Positions 16,716 through 25,935 of a DNA stretch of 64,000 bases are shown piece by piece. This stretch comes from Acutalibacteraceae bacterium (GTDB lineage Bacteria; Bacillota; Clostridia; Oscillospirales; Acutalibacteraceae). Under the pieces are notes generated by a model, which did no database searches, was not told the DNA's origin, and saw only the letters and a list, made by a program, of their open reading frames with translations. The first letter of the stretch is position 1. Each line of letters starts with the position of its first letter. The translations under genes and the position numbers were made by a program. The stretch is taken from positions 16,823 through 80,822 of the forward strand of contig JAZUQC010000058.1 in the NCBI GenBank assembly GCA_045605525.1. The letters are read 5' to 3'.

Positions 16716-19403
16716 TTACCTTTTCCATTCTTTGGGGTCATCCAAGCCGACACTTGCACGCAGAATGCTTCGTGCATCCGAGGAAGTTACCCCCGTAAAG
16801 TCATCCACATCGCAGGCTTTGTACTGCACACTGTCGGAGGCAAAATCTTCAAGCCCGACCGACAAACGCAAGGTTCGCCTTGCATCCTCCGCGTTAATAT
16901 GTCCGTCGCCATCATAATCTCCCGACACCAGCACGGTATACACGGTTTCATCTGCAAGGATCAAAGTCATCCCCGTGCCGACAAAGGCATCCGCCGCGAC
17001 GGTATTGCCGTCCTTGTCGGTCAGAACTGCACCTTCACCTGCCTGTTGCAGAAGATCGGAAGCCGCAATTGCAACCACAACAGAAAGATAGCCCTCCATG
17101 TTCACAGTTGCCTTTTCATTACCTGCAAAAGCAGTTTTTTCCATTTTTGTGGTCTGCAAAGCATGGCACTGTTCGCAATTACGAAGAGCCACCCCCTCAT
17201 TTTCAGGGGTCGGATACACAACCACATCCCACTTGCCTGCCGTGTGCGTGTGTTCAAAAATAACTTCCCTGTTTGCAGGGATTCCATCGGGGTAGGCTTG
17301 GATCCATTGTTCCTTGTCGCCGCCGAAATAAATCTTTTTCAGGTAATAGCACTGATCAAAAGCAGATGCATCAAGACTTGTTATGGTAGCAGGAATATAC
17401 AACGCATCCAAAGTCTGACAATAGCGAAAGGCTTCACTGCCGATCATCTGCAAGCCTTCGGGGAGGGTGATCTTTGCAAGAAACAGACAAGCCTTGAATA
17501 CGCTGTCCTCAAGTTGCGTGACAGCAGGCGGAAGCACAACTTCCGTCAAGGCTTCACAGCCGAAAAACGCATATTCACCGATTTTTTCAACCGTGTCGGG
17601 CAACCGCAAAGAATCAAGCGAAATGCAATCATAAAATGCATATCTGCCGATTCCCGTCAGAGCGGACGGAAAGACAACCTCTTTCAGATTATAACACTCG
17701 TAAAACACCTGTTCGGGCAGATCGGTAATTTCATCGGGCAGGATCATTGTCGACAGTGCCGCACAGCCGTAAAATGCAGAAGTGCCGAGTTTTGTTACGG
17801 TTTTCGGCAAGGTGATTTCTTTGAGATTATAACAATTATAAAACGCATTGTTGCCGACCGTTTGCAATGCTTCGGGAAGATTGATTTCTTCCATGCGGGC
17901 ACAATCGGCAAACACACCGTCTGCAAGGGCAGATACTGCTTTGGGCAAGGTCACACTGCGAAAATTTCGGCAGGATGCAAATGCATATTCGCCAATCTGT
18001 GCAACGGTTTCGGGCAAAGTAATTTTTTCAAGACGGATGCAACCGCTGAAAGCACGGTTTCCGATGGCGGTGAGTTTGTCGGAAAAAGTCACACTTTGCA
18101 GATTTCTGCAATTTTCAAACAGTAAATCAGGCAATTCGGTAATTCCGTCAGGCAGGGTAATGTTCTGCAAAGCAAAACAGTTGCGAAATGCCCCGTCTGC
18201 AATCTGTGTGACCGTTTCGGGGACAACAATTTCTGCCGAAACATGTTCGGTTGCACCGATCAATACTGTTCGGTCTGCATTATAAACCACACCGTCTTTT
18301 TCAATCAACTTCGCTTCAAAGTGAACGGTCGCATTTTTGATTCCTTCACTGTGCACGGCAGACCACTGTTCTTTTGTGCCTGCAAAATAAACATCGGTCA
18401 GATTCGGGCAATCTGCAAACGCATGTTCCGCAATTTTTTCCACGCTTGCAGGCAGAATCAGGGCAGATAAATTTTCAAGTCCTGCTCCTGCATTCTCTGC
18501 AATGGTTTTTGTGTCGTCGGCAATGCTGACAACCGTCGAAGATGCACCGATTTTAATCAATGCATCATCCTTTGTGTACACTTTTCCGTCAACAAGTTTA
18601 TTTTCTCCGTCGTTCAGGCAAACAAAAAGGTCTTTCCTGATTTCTGTGTTTTCACTTGTGATTTTCAGCATCTGATCGACGGTGCCTGCACAGCAAATTG
18701 CACGCAAAGACGGGCATTGCGAGAATGCCTCTTTCCCGATGGCGGCAACCTTGCCGTGCAGATTGATTCTTTCAATTGACTGACAACCGTAAAACTGATA
18801 ATCCCCAAGTTTTGTCAAAAAATCGGGCACGGTAACTTCGGTCAGGATTTCGCCGTTCAAAAGCAGATCCCCACCGTTGTAAAGCGGGTTTGCATGGTTG
18901 GACATAAATTCAATGCCGCACCAAAGTGAAGCATCCGCAATATGCACATCAGAAAGCAGCGGACACCTGAAAAATGCCTGTTCGTCGATTCTTCTTAATG
19001 ATTTCGGGATGCGCACACTGCGAAGATTATCGCAGTAATTGAAACTGTATTTCCCGATCGTCAGAACGCCTTCGCCGATTTCCACCGTTTCAAGATTGTC
19101 GTATTCTTCAAACATGTAGGTGCCCACATTCTGCACACCGTTTTGTATTTTTACGGCGGTGATTTGGTCGGCATAAGAATACCACGGGTAGTCCTGCACA
19201 TATTTGTCCTGTATTCTGCCTTTTCCCGATATGCTCAAAAGACCTGTGTTATCCAGCACCCAGGTCAGATTGTTGTCTTCTCCGAATGTGCCGTCTGCCA
19301 CAACCGCGGCAAAACTTGCATTTGCGGGAATCATCCCGACAAACAGAGATATAACAAGCAGAAAAACTGCAATATAAAATTTTGCTTTTTTTGATTTTTG
19401 CAT
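16716..19403 (-). CDS. Secreted leucine-rich-repeat (BspA-like) protein with C-terminal dockerin
   Basis: Signal peptide MQKSKKAKFYIAVFLLVISLFVGMIPANASFA. There are many ~23-aa repeats of the type LxxITLPxxVTxIGxxAFxxCxxL. The C-terminus GDYDGDGHINAEDARRTLRLSVGL...DVDDFTGVTSSDARSILRASVGL is a dockerin. Confidence 0.85.
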   Translation of the reverse strand: MQKSKKAKFYIAVFLLVISLFVGMIPANASFAAVVADGTFGEDNNLTWVLDNTGLLSISGKGRIQDKYVQDYPWYSYADQITAVKIQNGVQNVGTYMFEEYDNLETVEIGEGVLTIGKYSFNYCDNLRSVRIPKSLRRIDEQAFFRCPLLSDVHIADASLWCGIEFMSNHANPLYNGGDLLLNGEILTEVTVPDFLTKLGDYQFYGCQSIERINLHGKVAAIGKEAFSQCPSLRAICCAGTVDQMLKITSENTEIRKDLFVCLNDGENKLVDGKVYTKDDALIKIGASSTVVSIADDTKTIAENAGAGLENLSALILPASVEKIAEHAFADCPNLTDVYFAGTKEQWSAVHSEGIKNATVHFEAKLIEKDGVVYNADRTVLIGATEHVSAEIVVPETVTQIADGAFRNCFALQNITLPDGITELPDLLFENCRNLQSVTFSDKLTAIGNRAFSGCIRLEKITLPETVAQIGEYAFASCRNFRSVTLPKAVSALADGVFADCARMEEINLPEALQTVGNNAFYNCYNLKEITLPKTVTKLGTSAFYGCAALSTMILPDEITDLPEQVFYECYNLKEVVFPSALTGIGRYAFYDCISLDSLRLPDTVEKIGEYAFFGCEALTEVVLPPAVTQLEDSVFKACLFLAKITLPEGLQMIGSEAFRYCQTLDALYIPATITSLDASAFDQCYYLKKIYFGGDKEQWIQAYPDGIPANREVIFEHTHTAGKWDVVVYPTPENEGVALRNCEQCHALQTTKMEKTAFAGNEKATVNMEGYLSVVVAIAASDLLQQAGEGAVLTDKDGNTVAADAFVGTGMTLILADETVYTVLVSGDYDGDGHINAEDARRTLRLSVGLEDFASDSVQYKACDVDDFTGVTSSDARSILRASVGLDDPKEWKR

Positions 19404-19533
19404 GCGATAGCCTCATTCAAGAATAATGGATAACCTTATTTTATAATATTAAAAGGCTTTTTTCAAGCATTTTCTGACATTGACGGCATGCTGAAAATAT
19501 GGTAAAATAATATAAAATATTTAAGGAGACTCC

Positions 19534-20436
19534 ATGAAAGAAAAACTCATTACAGAACTCAAAACACTCAAATGGTACCGTTTTCTGATTTTGTTGGCGG
19601 CAGGTTGCATCAACGCATTCGGTGTGACGGTGTTTTTAGCACCCGTCAAATTATATGACGGCGGCATTTCGGGCACAAGCATGCTTTTGTCGCAGATTAC
19701 ACCCGATTACCTGACCTTATCCGTCTTTCTTCTGCTTCTGAACATACCGCTGTTTTTGTTCGGACTCAAAAAACAGGGGCTTGCATTTACGGTCTATTCC
19801 CTGTTTGCAGTCTGCATTTATTCACTCGGTGCGTGGCTGATTACGGACATTCTGCCCATTGATGTCAGTGTGTTTTCTCCCCTTGCAGGCAACGATCTGT
19901 TTTTGTGTGCACTGTTCGGCGGTATTGTTTCGGGCATCGGCAGCGGACTGACCATCCGTGCAGGCGGTGCCATTGACGGCATAGAAGTGCTGGCTGTTAT
20001 TTTTGCAAAAAAGCTCAACATCACGGTCGGCACATTCGTTATGATCTATAACTGCATTGTGTATATCACGGCAGGTCTGATTCTGCAAAGCTGGGTGTTG
20101 CCGCTGTATTCCATTGTTGCATACGGTGCAGGACTTAAAATGGTAGACTTTATTGTGGAGGGCTTCGACCGCAACAAAGAAGTCATGATCATCACCGAAC
20201 ATCCCGACGACATCTGCAAGGCACTGACCAGCGTATTTGAATGCGGGGCTACAAAAATTGCCGCAAAGGGCGGTTATTCGGGGGCAGACAAGTCGATCGT
20301 TTATTTTGTTGTCAACCGTTTTCAGATCTCCCGCATGCGTGACATCGTGCATTTTGTGGACCCGAAGGCTTATGTGACCATCAGCGAAGTCGCAGACGTG
20401 TTCCACGGTGCAAAAATTGACCAATCGGAAACATAA
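19534..20436 (+). CDS. YitT-family membrane protein with a C-terminal DUF2179-like domain
   Basis: AAGGAG RBS. Five hydrophobic helices are followed by a soluble tail, GATKIAAKGGYSGADKSIVYFVVNRFQISRMRDIVHFVDPKAYVTISEVADV, typical of YitT proteins. Confidence 0.75.
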   Translation: MKEKLITELKTLKWYRFLILLAAGCINAFGVTVFLAPVKLYDGGISGTSMLLSQITPDYLTLSVFLLLLNIPLFLFGLKKQGLAFTVYSLFAVCIYSLGAWLITDILPIDVSVFSPLAGNDLFLCALFGGIVSGIGSGLTIRAGGAIDGIEVLAVIFAKKLNITVGTFVMIYNCIVYITAGLILQSWVLPLYSIVAYGAGLKMVDFIVEGFDRNKEVMIITEHPDDICKALTSVFECGATKIAAKGGYSGADKSIVYFVVNRFQISRMRDIVHFVDPKAYVTISEVADVFHGAKIDQSET

Positions 20437-20478
20437 AAAATCAACCGTCCCGTTGCAAACGGGACGGTTATTTTTATC

Positions 20479-21093
20479 TCATTTCAGTGGTTCAAAGTCG
20501 GATGCAGGGTGTTTGCACAGCGGACAGGTGAAATCCTCGGGCAAGTTTTCTCCCTCATAAACATAACCGCAGATTTTGCAGACATAGCCTTTCTTTTCAT
20601 CCGTTTTCGGCTGGGGCTTGGGCTTGATGTTTGCAAAATAATAGGAATACGTCACACTCGGCACATCGGACAGTACCTTTGCTTCTTCGACCTCTGCGAT
20701 AAACACCGTATGCGTGCCGACATCCTGATACGATTCGATCTTGCCTGCAAACACGGCATTGGTCACACCGCCGACGTAGGCAACACCGTTTTCACAGCGA
20801 AGCGGCTCACCTATGAATTTATCCGCATCTCTGCCGCTCTGGAAGCCGAAATGCTGAAACACTTCAAAGGGCGTTTCTTCGGTAAGCACGGACAGTGCAA
20901 ACACGCCGCTTTCTTTAAGCATTTCATTGGTGAAATTCTGATTGTTGACGGCAAACAGCAGTCTTTTGGGGGTGTCCGTCACCTGAATGGCAGTGTTGAT
21001 GATGCATCCGTTGTCTTTGCCGTTGAGAGAAGTACTTAACACAAACAAACCGTAAGACAGTTTGTGCATGGCGGTTGGATCTATGATATTCAT
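20479..21093 (-). CDS. Flavin reductase domain fused to rubredoxin (high-molecular-weight rubredoxin type)
   Basis: The C-terminus YVCKICGYVYEGENLPEDFTCPLCKHPASDFEPL is a rubredoxin CxxC...CxxC motif. The N-terminal ~160 aa look flavin-reductase-like. The track start at 21102 has its RBS abutting the ATG, while the ATG at 21093 has AAAGGA at 8 nt, so I prefer 21093. Confidence 0.8.
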   Translation of the reverse strand: MNIIDPTAMHKLSYGLFVLSTSLNGKDNGCIINTAIQVTDTPKRLLFAVNNQNFTNEMLKESGVFALSVLTEETPFEVFQHFGFQSGRDADKFIGEPLRCENGVAYVGGVTNAVFAGKIESYQDVGTHTVFIAEVEEAKVLSDVPSVTYSYYFANIKPKPQPKTDEKKGYVCKICGYVYEGENLPEDFTCPLCKHPASDFEPLK

Positions 21094-21184
21094 AAGCGTC
21101 ATCCTTTCTTTTTACACTTTTAATATAGTACAATAAATCCTAAAAATAATCAAGAAATTTTCACAATGAAGACTGTATTTTTAT

Positions 21185-21238
21185 AAAAAACGCACCGTCG
21201 GATATACTGCAGTGCATATACTGACGGTGCGATTTTTT
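21185..21238 (-). terminator. Intrinsic terminator after the dockerin gene 21257..22570
   Basis: The stem CGCACCGTC...GACGGTGCG (21191-21231) is flanked by an A-run on one side and a T-run on the other. Confidence 0.7.
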
Positions 21239-21256
21239 GATTTACGCTTATTCAAT

Positions 21257-22570
21257 TCAGGCAGGTAAGCCGACTGCCACACGCAGAATGCTTCGGGCGT
21301 CTGAGGAAGAAACTTTGCCGTCCGCATTGAAATCGGCGGCTTTCAGCTGTGCATCGTTCAAAGAATCCAGCCCGACCGCACTGCGAAGTGCCGAACGGGC
21401 ATCGCTTGAACTGATTGCACCGTCGCCGTCCACATCACCGATCACAACAAGCTCAAATTCAATGCCGCAATCCAGAACCAGCTTCGTGCCCGTGCCGGGC
21501 TTCTTGTCTGCTTCGAGGTCTGTGCCGTCGGCATTTTTAACAACAGCCGCATCATTTGCCATGGCAATAAGCTGTTCGGCGGTCATGCCCTGTGCGGCAA
21601 TGATATTGCTGCCTTCAACTGCAACCGTCGAACCTTCTTCTGCAACAATGCCGTATCCGCAACCGTTGCACAGACCGTTCTGCATATCGGTATGCGTGCA
21701 GACCAGACCGCAGACACAGGTGTTATTTTCAAACGCATGCTTGTGAAGATCGACCTTGATTTCAGCATAATTTACATCTTCAACCGCATCGGCAACATCA
21801 TAAACGGGCACAAAATCCGACTCCGTATCGAATCTGACAAAGAAAGAATAGTCCGCACCGAGGCCTTCTGCTTTGGAGAAGGTGGTCGTATGATAGAATA
21901 TGCCGTCCTGCGAGCTGACGGTAAGCAGAGCTCCCGTGTTCATTATGACATCACCGTCAATGGCTTCGCTGTCCGGTGCTGTGCAAACAACATCCATTCT
22001 GCCACCGTGCAGGGTGATATCTCCCCAAACGGTATAGATATAGTTATTGGAAAGCATAACATGACCGCCGTTGAGAATAAAAACGCCGCAGTCAAGGGTG
22101 GGGTAATTGCTATCCGTCACAAGATCCATTTTGAGATTGCCGCCGTTCCAGACAACAGTGTTGTTTCCGCCGTAGGAATTCAGTTCAGGGATAACCAGCG
22201 TTGCATCCTCGTCAATCGCATTGAAAACAAAATTCTCATTCCGGAACAACATTCTGTCAATAATTTCATTTTCGCCGTCGAGCGTGATATATACATTTTC
22301 CGTATCATCTCTTGCATCCAGATTAAATATCGTCAGATCCTGAAAGGTGAGATAGCTGTCTGCGCAGATTCCGAGAGAGGTATCTTCTTTTCTGCCGGTC
22401 AGAATATAACCGTCTTCATCGTAATACGTCTCTTCGGGACCAAGGTATATGTATTTGGAAAGGGATGCCACATCCAGTGTCAGGGGTGTGCCGTCCGATT
22501 CGGCAAAGGCAGTCACGACCGTTGCGGCAAGCAGCAGTAACACAAGGGTAAAAGTCAATAGTTTTTTCAT
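21257..22570 (-). CDS. Secreted dockerin-bearing protein of unknown function
   Basis: AGGAG RBS and signal peptide MKKLLTFTLVLLLLAATVVTAFA. A Cys-rich stretch (CVCGLVCTHTDMQNGLCNGCG) is present. The C-terminus GDVDGDGAISSSDARSALRSAVGL...DFNADGKVSSSDARSILRVAVGL is a dockerin. Confidence 0.8.
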   Translation of the reverse strand: MKKLLTFTLVLLLLAATVVTAFAESDGTPLTLDVASLSKYIYLGPEETYYDEDGYILTGRKEDTSLGICADSYLTFQDLTIFNLDARDDTENVYITLDGENEIIDRMLFRNENFVFNAIDEDATLVIPELNSYGGNNTVVWNGGNLKMDLVTDSNYPTLDCGVFILNGGHVMLSNNYIYTVWGDITLHGGRMDVVCTAPDSEAIDGDVIMNTGALLTVSSQDGIFYHTTTFSKAEGLGADYSFFVRFDTESDFVPVYDVADAVEDVNYAEIKVDLHKHAFENNTCVCGLVCTHTDMQNGLCNGCGYGIVAEEGSTVAVEGSNIIAAQGMTAEQLIAMANDAAVVKNADGTDLEADKKPGTGTKLVLDCGIEFELVVIGDVDGDGAISSSDARSALRSAVGLDSLNDAQLKAADFNADGKVSSSDARSILRVAVGLPA

Positions 22571-22722
22571 TTTGTTTGCTCCTTTCGGAATTGTTTGACA
22601 TAATTATAGCATACTGTATGCAAATTGTGCAATAAGCAAAGGGGAATTTTATTTTTTTTCTTTACATTTCTAACAGACAAATGTATAATAAGGTCATGAA
22701 TTTTCTTGAAACGGAGAAGTTT

Positions 22723-24198
22723 ATGGAAAACAGCACTAAACTGCAAAAGAAATACGGACTTGTAACTGCGATCTGCATGGTCGTCGGCATTGTCATCGGG
22801 TCGGGTGTCTTTTTTAAGGCACAGAACATTTTAGTTGTTACCGAAGGGAACATGGGCATCGGCATTGCCGCATGGCTGGTAGGCGGTGTCATTATGCTGT
22901 TCAACGTGCTCGCGTTTGCACAGCTTGCACAGAACTACTCCAAAGTCAACGGACTGACGGACTATGCGGAAGCTACCGTCGGCAACAAATATTCCTATTA
23001 TGTCGGCTGGTTCATGGCATTCATTTATGCCCCGACCATTTCGTCGGTGCTTGTGTGGCTGACCGCCCGTTACACACTGACCTTCATCTGTTCGGTAAAT
23101 CCGGACTTTGCACTGCACATCGGTGCCGCTGACGGCGGAACGGTATTCGGCCCCGAAACCATGACATTGGCAATCCTGTTTTTGTGTCTGAGTTTTGCAA
23201 TCAATGCACTCTCCCCCAAACTTGCAGGTAAGCTGCAGGTAAGCACCACCGTTATCAAACTGATCCCGTTGCTGCTGATGGCTGTGATCGGTACGATTTA
23301 CGGTCTTACTCACATGTCTGATGTTCAACCCGATGTCAGCATCCTTGCTCACAACTTTGCTGTGGGCACCGGATCGGGCGACACTTTCTTCAGTGCCATT
23401 GTTGCCACGGCTTTCGCGTATGAAGGCTGGATCATGGCAACCTCCATCAATGCGGAGCTTAAAAATGCCAAACGCAACCTGCCCATTGCTCTTATTGTCG
23501 GCGGCATTGTGATTGTTGCGGTTTATGTTCTTTACTTCATCGGCATTGCAGGCGGTGCCGGCGTGGAAGACCTGCAAACAGAAGGTGCAACGGTTGCTTT
23601 TGTACACGTATTCGGACCCGTGCTCGGCAATATTCTGAATCTGTTTGTTGCCGTTTCCTGCTTCGGCACCCTCAACGGCCTGATGCTCGGCTGCACAAGA
23701 AGTATGTATGCACTTGCGGCAAGAAACCACGGTCCGTCCCCGAAAATTTTTGCACAGGTGGATGCCGCCACGAATATGCCTGCAAACTCCGGTATTGCGG
23801 CACTGCTGATCACCGCAGTGTGGGTTGTGTATTTCTACGGTGCAAACCTTGCACCGACAAGCTGGTTCGGGCTGTTCAGTTTTGATTCCTCGGAACTGCC
23901 CATTGTAACACTGTATGCTTTTTATCTGCCCATTTATATTGCATTTATGAAACAAGCAAAGGGCTTGCATCCCGTCAAACGATTCGTTTTCCCGATTCTT
24001 GCATGCCTCAGCTCACTGGTAATCATTTTCTGTGCGGTGTATGCACACGGCTATGTGCCCTATCTCAATGCTAAATCCGAAGGCAGATTCAGTTTCCCCG
24101 TACTGTTCTATCTTGTGGTGTTTGCGGTTGTGATGCTCGTCGGCATCTTCTTCTATAAAAACAAAAAATCAGCTTCGACAGAGGTGTCCGCCGAATGA
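22723..24198 (+). CDS. APC-superfamily amino acid permease
   Basis: About 12 TM segments and the N-terminal GLVTAICMVVGIVIGSGVFF motif typical of APC transporters. I chose the ATG at 22723 (GGAG RBS 7 nt upstream) over the track start at 22681. Confidence 0.8.
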   Translation: MENSTKLQKKYGLVTAICMVVGIVIGSGVFFKAQNILVVTEGNMGIGIAAWLVGGVIMLFNVLAFAQLAQNYSKVNGLTDYAEATVGNKYSYYVGWFMAFIYAPTISSVLVWLTARYTLTFICSVNPDFALHIGAADGGTVFGPETMTLAILFLCLSFAINALSPKLAGKLQVSTTVIKLIPLLLMAVIGTIYGLTHMSDVQPDVSILAHNFAVGTGSGDTFFSAIVATAFAYEGWIMATSINAELKNAKRNLPIALIVGGIVIVAVYVLYFIGIAGGAGVEDLQTEGATVAFVHVFGPVLGNILNLFVAVSCFGTLNGLMLGCTRSMYALAARNHGPSPKIFAQVDAATNMPANSGIAALLITAVWVVYFYGANLAPTSWFGLFSFDSSELPIVTLYAFYLPIYIAFMKQAKGLHPVKRFVFPILACLSSLVIIFCAVYAHGYVPYLNAKSEGRFSFPVLFYLVVFAVVMLVGIFFYKNKKSASTEVSAE

Positions 24199-24677
24199 AA
24201 AAAGCAAAATTGAGAAGACCGCATGAAGTTGAACACATCGCCAACAAAGGTTGGGAAAAATTCTGGTTTTATTTTGTGCAATGGACCTGGGGTGCCCCCG
24301 TCAATCTCATCGGTGGACTTGTGCATCTTGTCTTACGCAGAAAATTCCGTCACGAAAAGTTCTGCAATGCAATCATTACCTATATTCCCGGCAATTGGGG
24401 TGGCCTGTCGCTCGGACTTTTCATCTTCATGGCAGAGGGCAGAGAAGAGGGATGGACGAAAAACACACAGATCCACGAATACGGTCATACCATTCAGTGC
24501 CTGCTGTTGGGACCGCTGTATTGGTTTGTGGTTGCCATTCCCAGTGCATTCTGGTGCAACTGCATGAAGAAATACAGAGAAAAGAACAATGTATCCTACT
24601 ACAAGCTCTATTGCGAAAGCTGGGCAAACAAGTGGGGCCAGACATGGAGCCGCAGAAAACAATACGGAATAAAATAA
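24195..24677 (+). CDS. Small membrane protein with an HExxH motif
   Basis: Its ATG overlaps the permease stop (ATGA), with GAGGTG 8 nt upstream. There are 2-3 hydrophobic segments and the motif IHEYGHTIQ. Confidence 0.55.
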   Translation: MKKAKLRRPHEVEHIANKGWEKFWFYFVQWTWGAPVNLIGGLVHLVLRRKFRHEKFCNAIITYIPGNWGGLSLGLFIFMAEGREEGWTKNTQIHEYGHTIQCLLLGPLYWFVVAIPSAFWCNCMKKYREKNNVSYYKLYCESWANKWGQTWSRRKQYGIK

Positions 24678-24749
24678 AAAAAACTACGCACCACACGAGC
24701 CGCGGTAACGGAGCGTGTGATGCGTTTTTCGGTTGCAATTCAGTTTTTG

Positions 24750-25919
24750 TTACTCGCTTTGTAAGGAGGGAACGGAGGAATCGGGATCTTCTTTATGTTT
24801 CGCTTTGATCTTACGGATCCCGCCGATGATTTTCACGGTAAGATCTGTCAACAAGTTCTGCAATACCTGTAAGACATAGGACAACAGCAAGGACAATACA
24901 ATGACAATCGGAACAATCGCAAAGAAATACACAAATCTGTCCTCAATAACGCTTACCTTTTCCTTAAGAATCGGATAAAACAACTGATCAAAAATCCACG
25001 AAAGAAGATAGGCATTCATGCATAATCCCGACACCTTTGCAAGGCCTTTTCCGATGATTGCGGGCAGTTTATCATATTTGAGATTCAGGAAAAACAGGAA
25101 AACCAACAATGTCAGAATAAAACTGAACAGCGAATAATAATGCGACCATACTCCCCAGACAAATTCAACCTGAAAAGACCGCCAATAATTATAGATGCCG
25201 AAAATAAAGGCGACATAGGCAATCAGAAACAAATTGACCCATTTGTTCATCCGTATTTTATATTCATTCAGATAACAACCCAAAAAGTAATAAACAACCG
25301 GATACAGAATTGTGACCCACCAATTCGGAATGATCTCAACAAAATCCGAGCCGGAAGACGGAAGACGCCACCAATCAACCGAGTCAAAATTATAGACATT
25401 GACCACCGACGGCAAAAACACGATACACGCACCTATGATCAGCAAATTCCGCTTCCATTTGCGCGAAGGGATGTTATTGTAAAGCAGATTCAGGAACGGA
25501 ATCAGTAAAAACAACCCCATATACATTTCGATATACCACGAATACGGTGCGGCTTTGAATTCAAGAATACCGATAATGGTTTTTCGCAATGTCCATTCCT
25601 GTTCCAGTTGCAAAACGGCAAAAACAACACAGGCAATGCTTGCCAACACGTAAGCAAAATAGGTCTTGCCGAGTTTTTTGTAATATGACACACTGAGCTG
25701 TTTTGTGCGTTGCAGATAGCCCGACAAGGTCATAAACAGCGGCACGCAGATAATAAAAAATGATCTGCCGATCAACATCATCAATGATTTTGTACTTTCA
25801 ACGGTGACCTGATAAAACCCCGAATCCCGCAGAAAATGCACACAAACCACAAAACTGAATGCAAGACAACGCAAAATATCTGCGGCCGGATTTCGTTGCA
25901 TATTTTTTTCGATAGCCAT
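24750..25919 (-). CDS. Acyltransferase family 3 (OatA-like) membrane protein
   Basis: GGAG RBS. About 10 TM segments, with an N-terminus NPAADILRCLAFSFVVCVHF typical of acyltransferase_3. Confidence 0.75.
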   Translation of the reverse strand: MAIEKNMQRNPAADILRCLAFSFVVCVHFLRDSGFYQVTVESTKSLMMLIGRSFFIICVPLFMTLSGYLQRTKQLSVSYYKKLGKTYFAYVLASIACVVFAVLQLEQEWTLRKTIIGILEFKAAPYSWYIEMYMGLFLLIPFLNLLYNNIPSRKWKRNLLIIGACIVFLPSVVNVYNFDSVDWWRLPSSGSDFVEIIPNWWVTILYPVVYYFLGCYLNEYKIRMNKWVNLFLIAYVAFIFGIYNYWRSFQVEFVWGVWSHYYSLFSFILTLLVFLFFLNLKYDKLPAIIGKGLAKVSGLCMNAYLLSWIFDQLFYPILKEKVSVIEDRFVYFFAIVPIVIVLSLLLSYVLQVLQNLLTDLTVKIIGGIRKIKAKHKEDPDSSVPSLQSE

Positions 25920-25935
25920 AAAAAAATCTCCGTTC

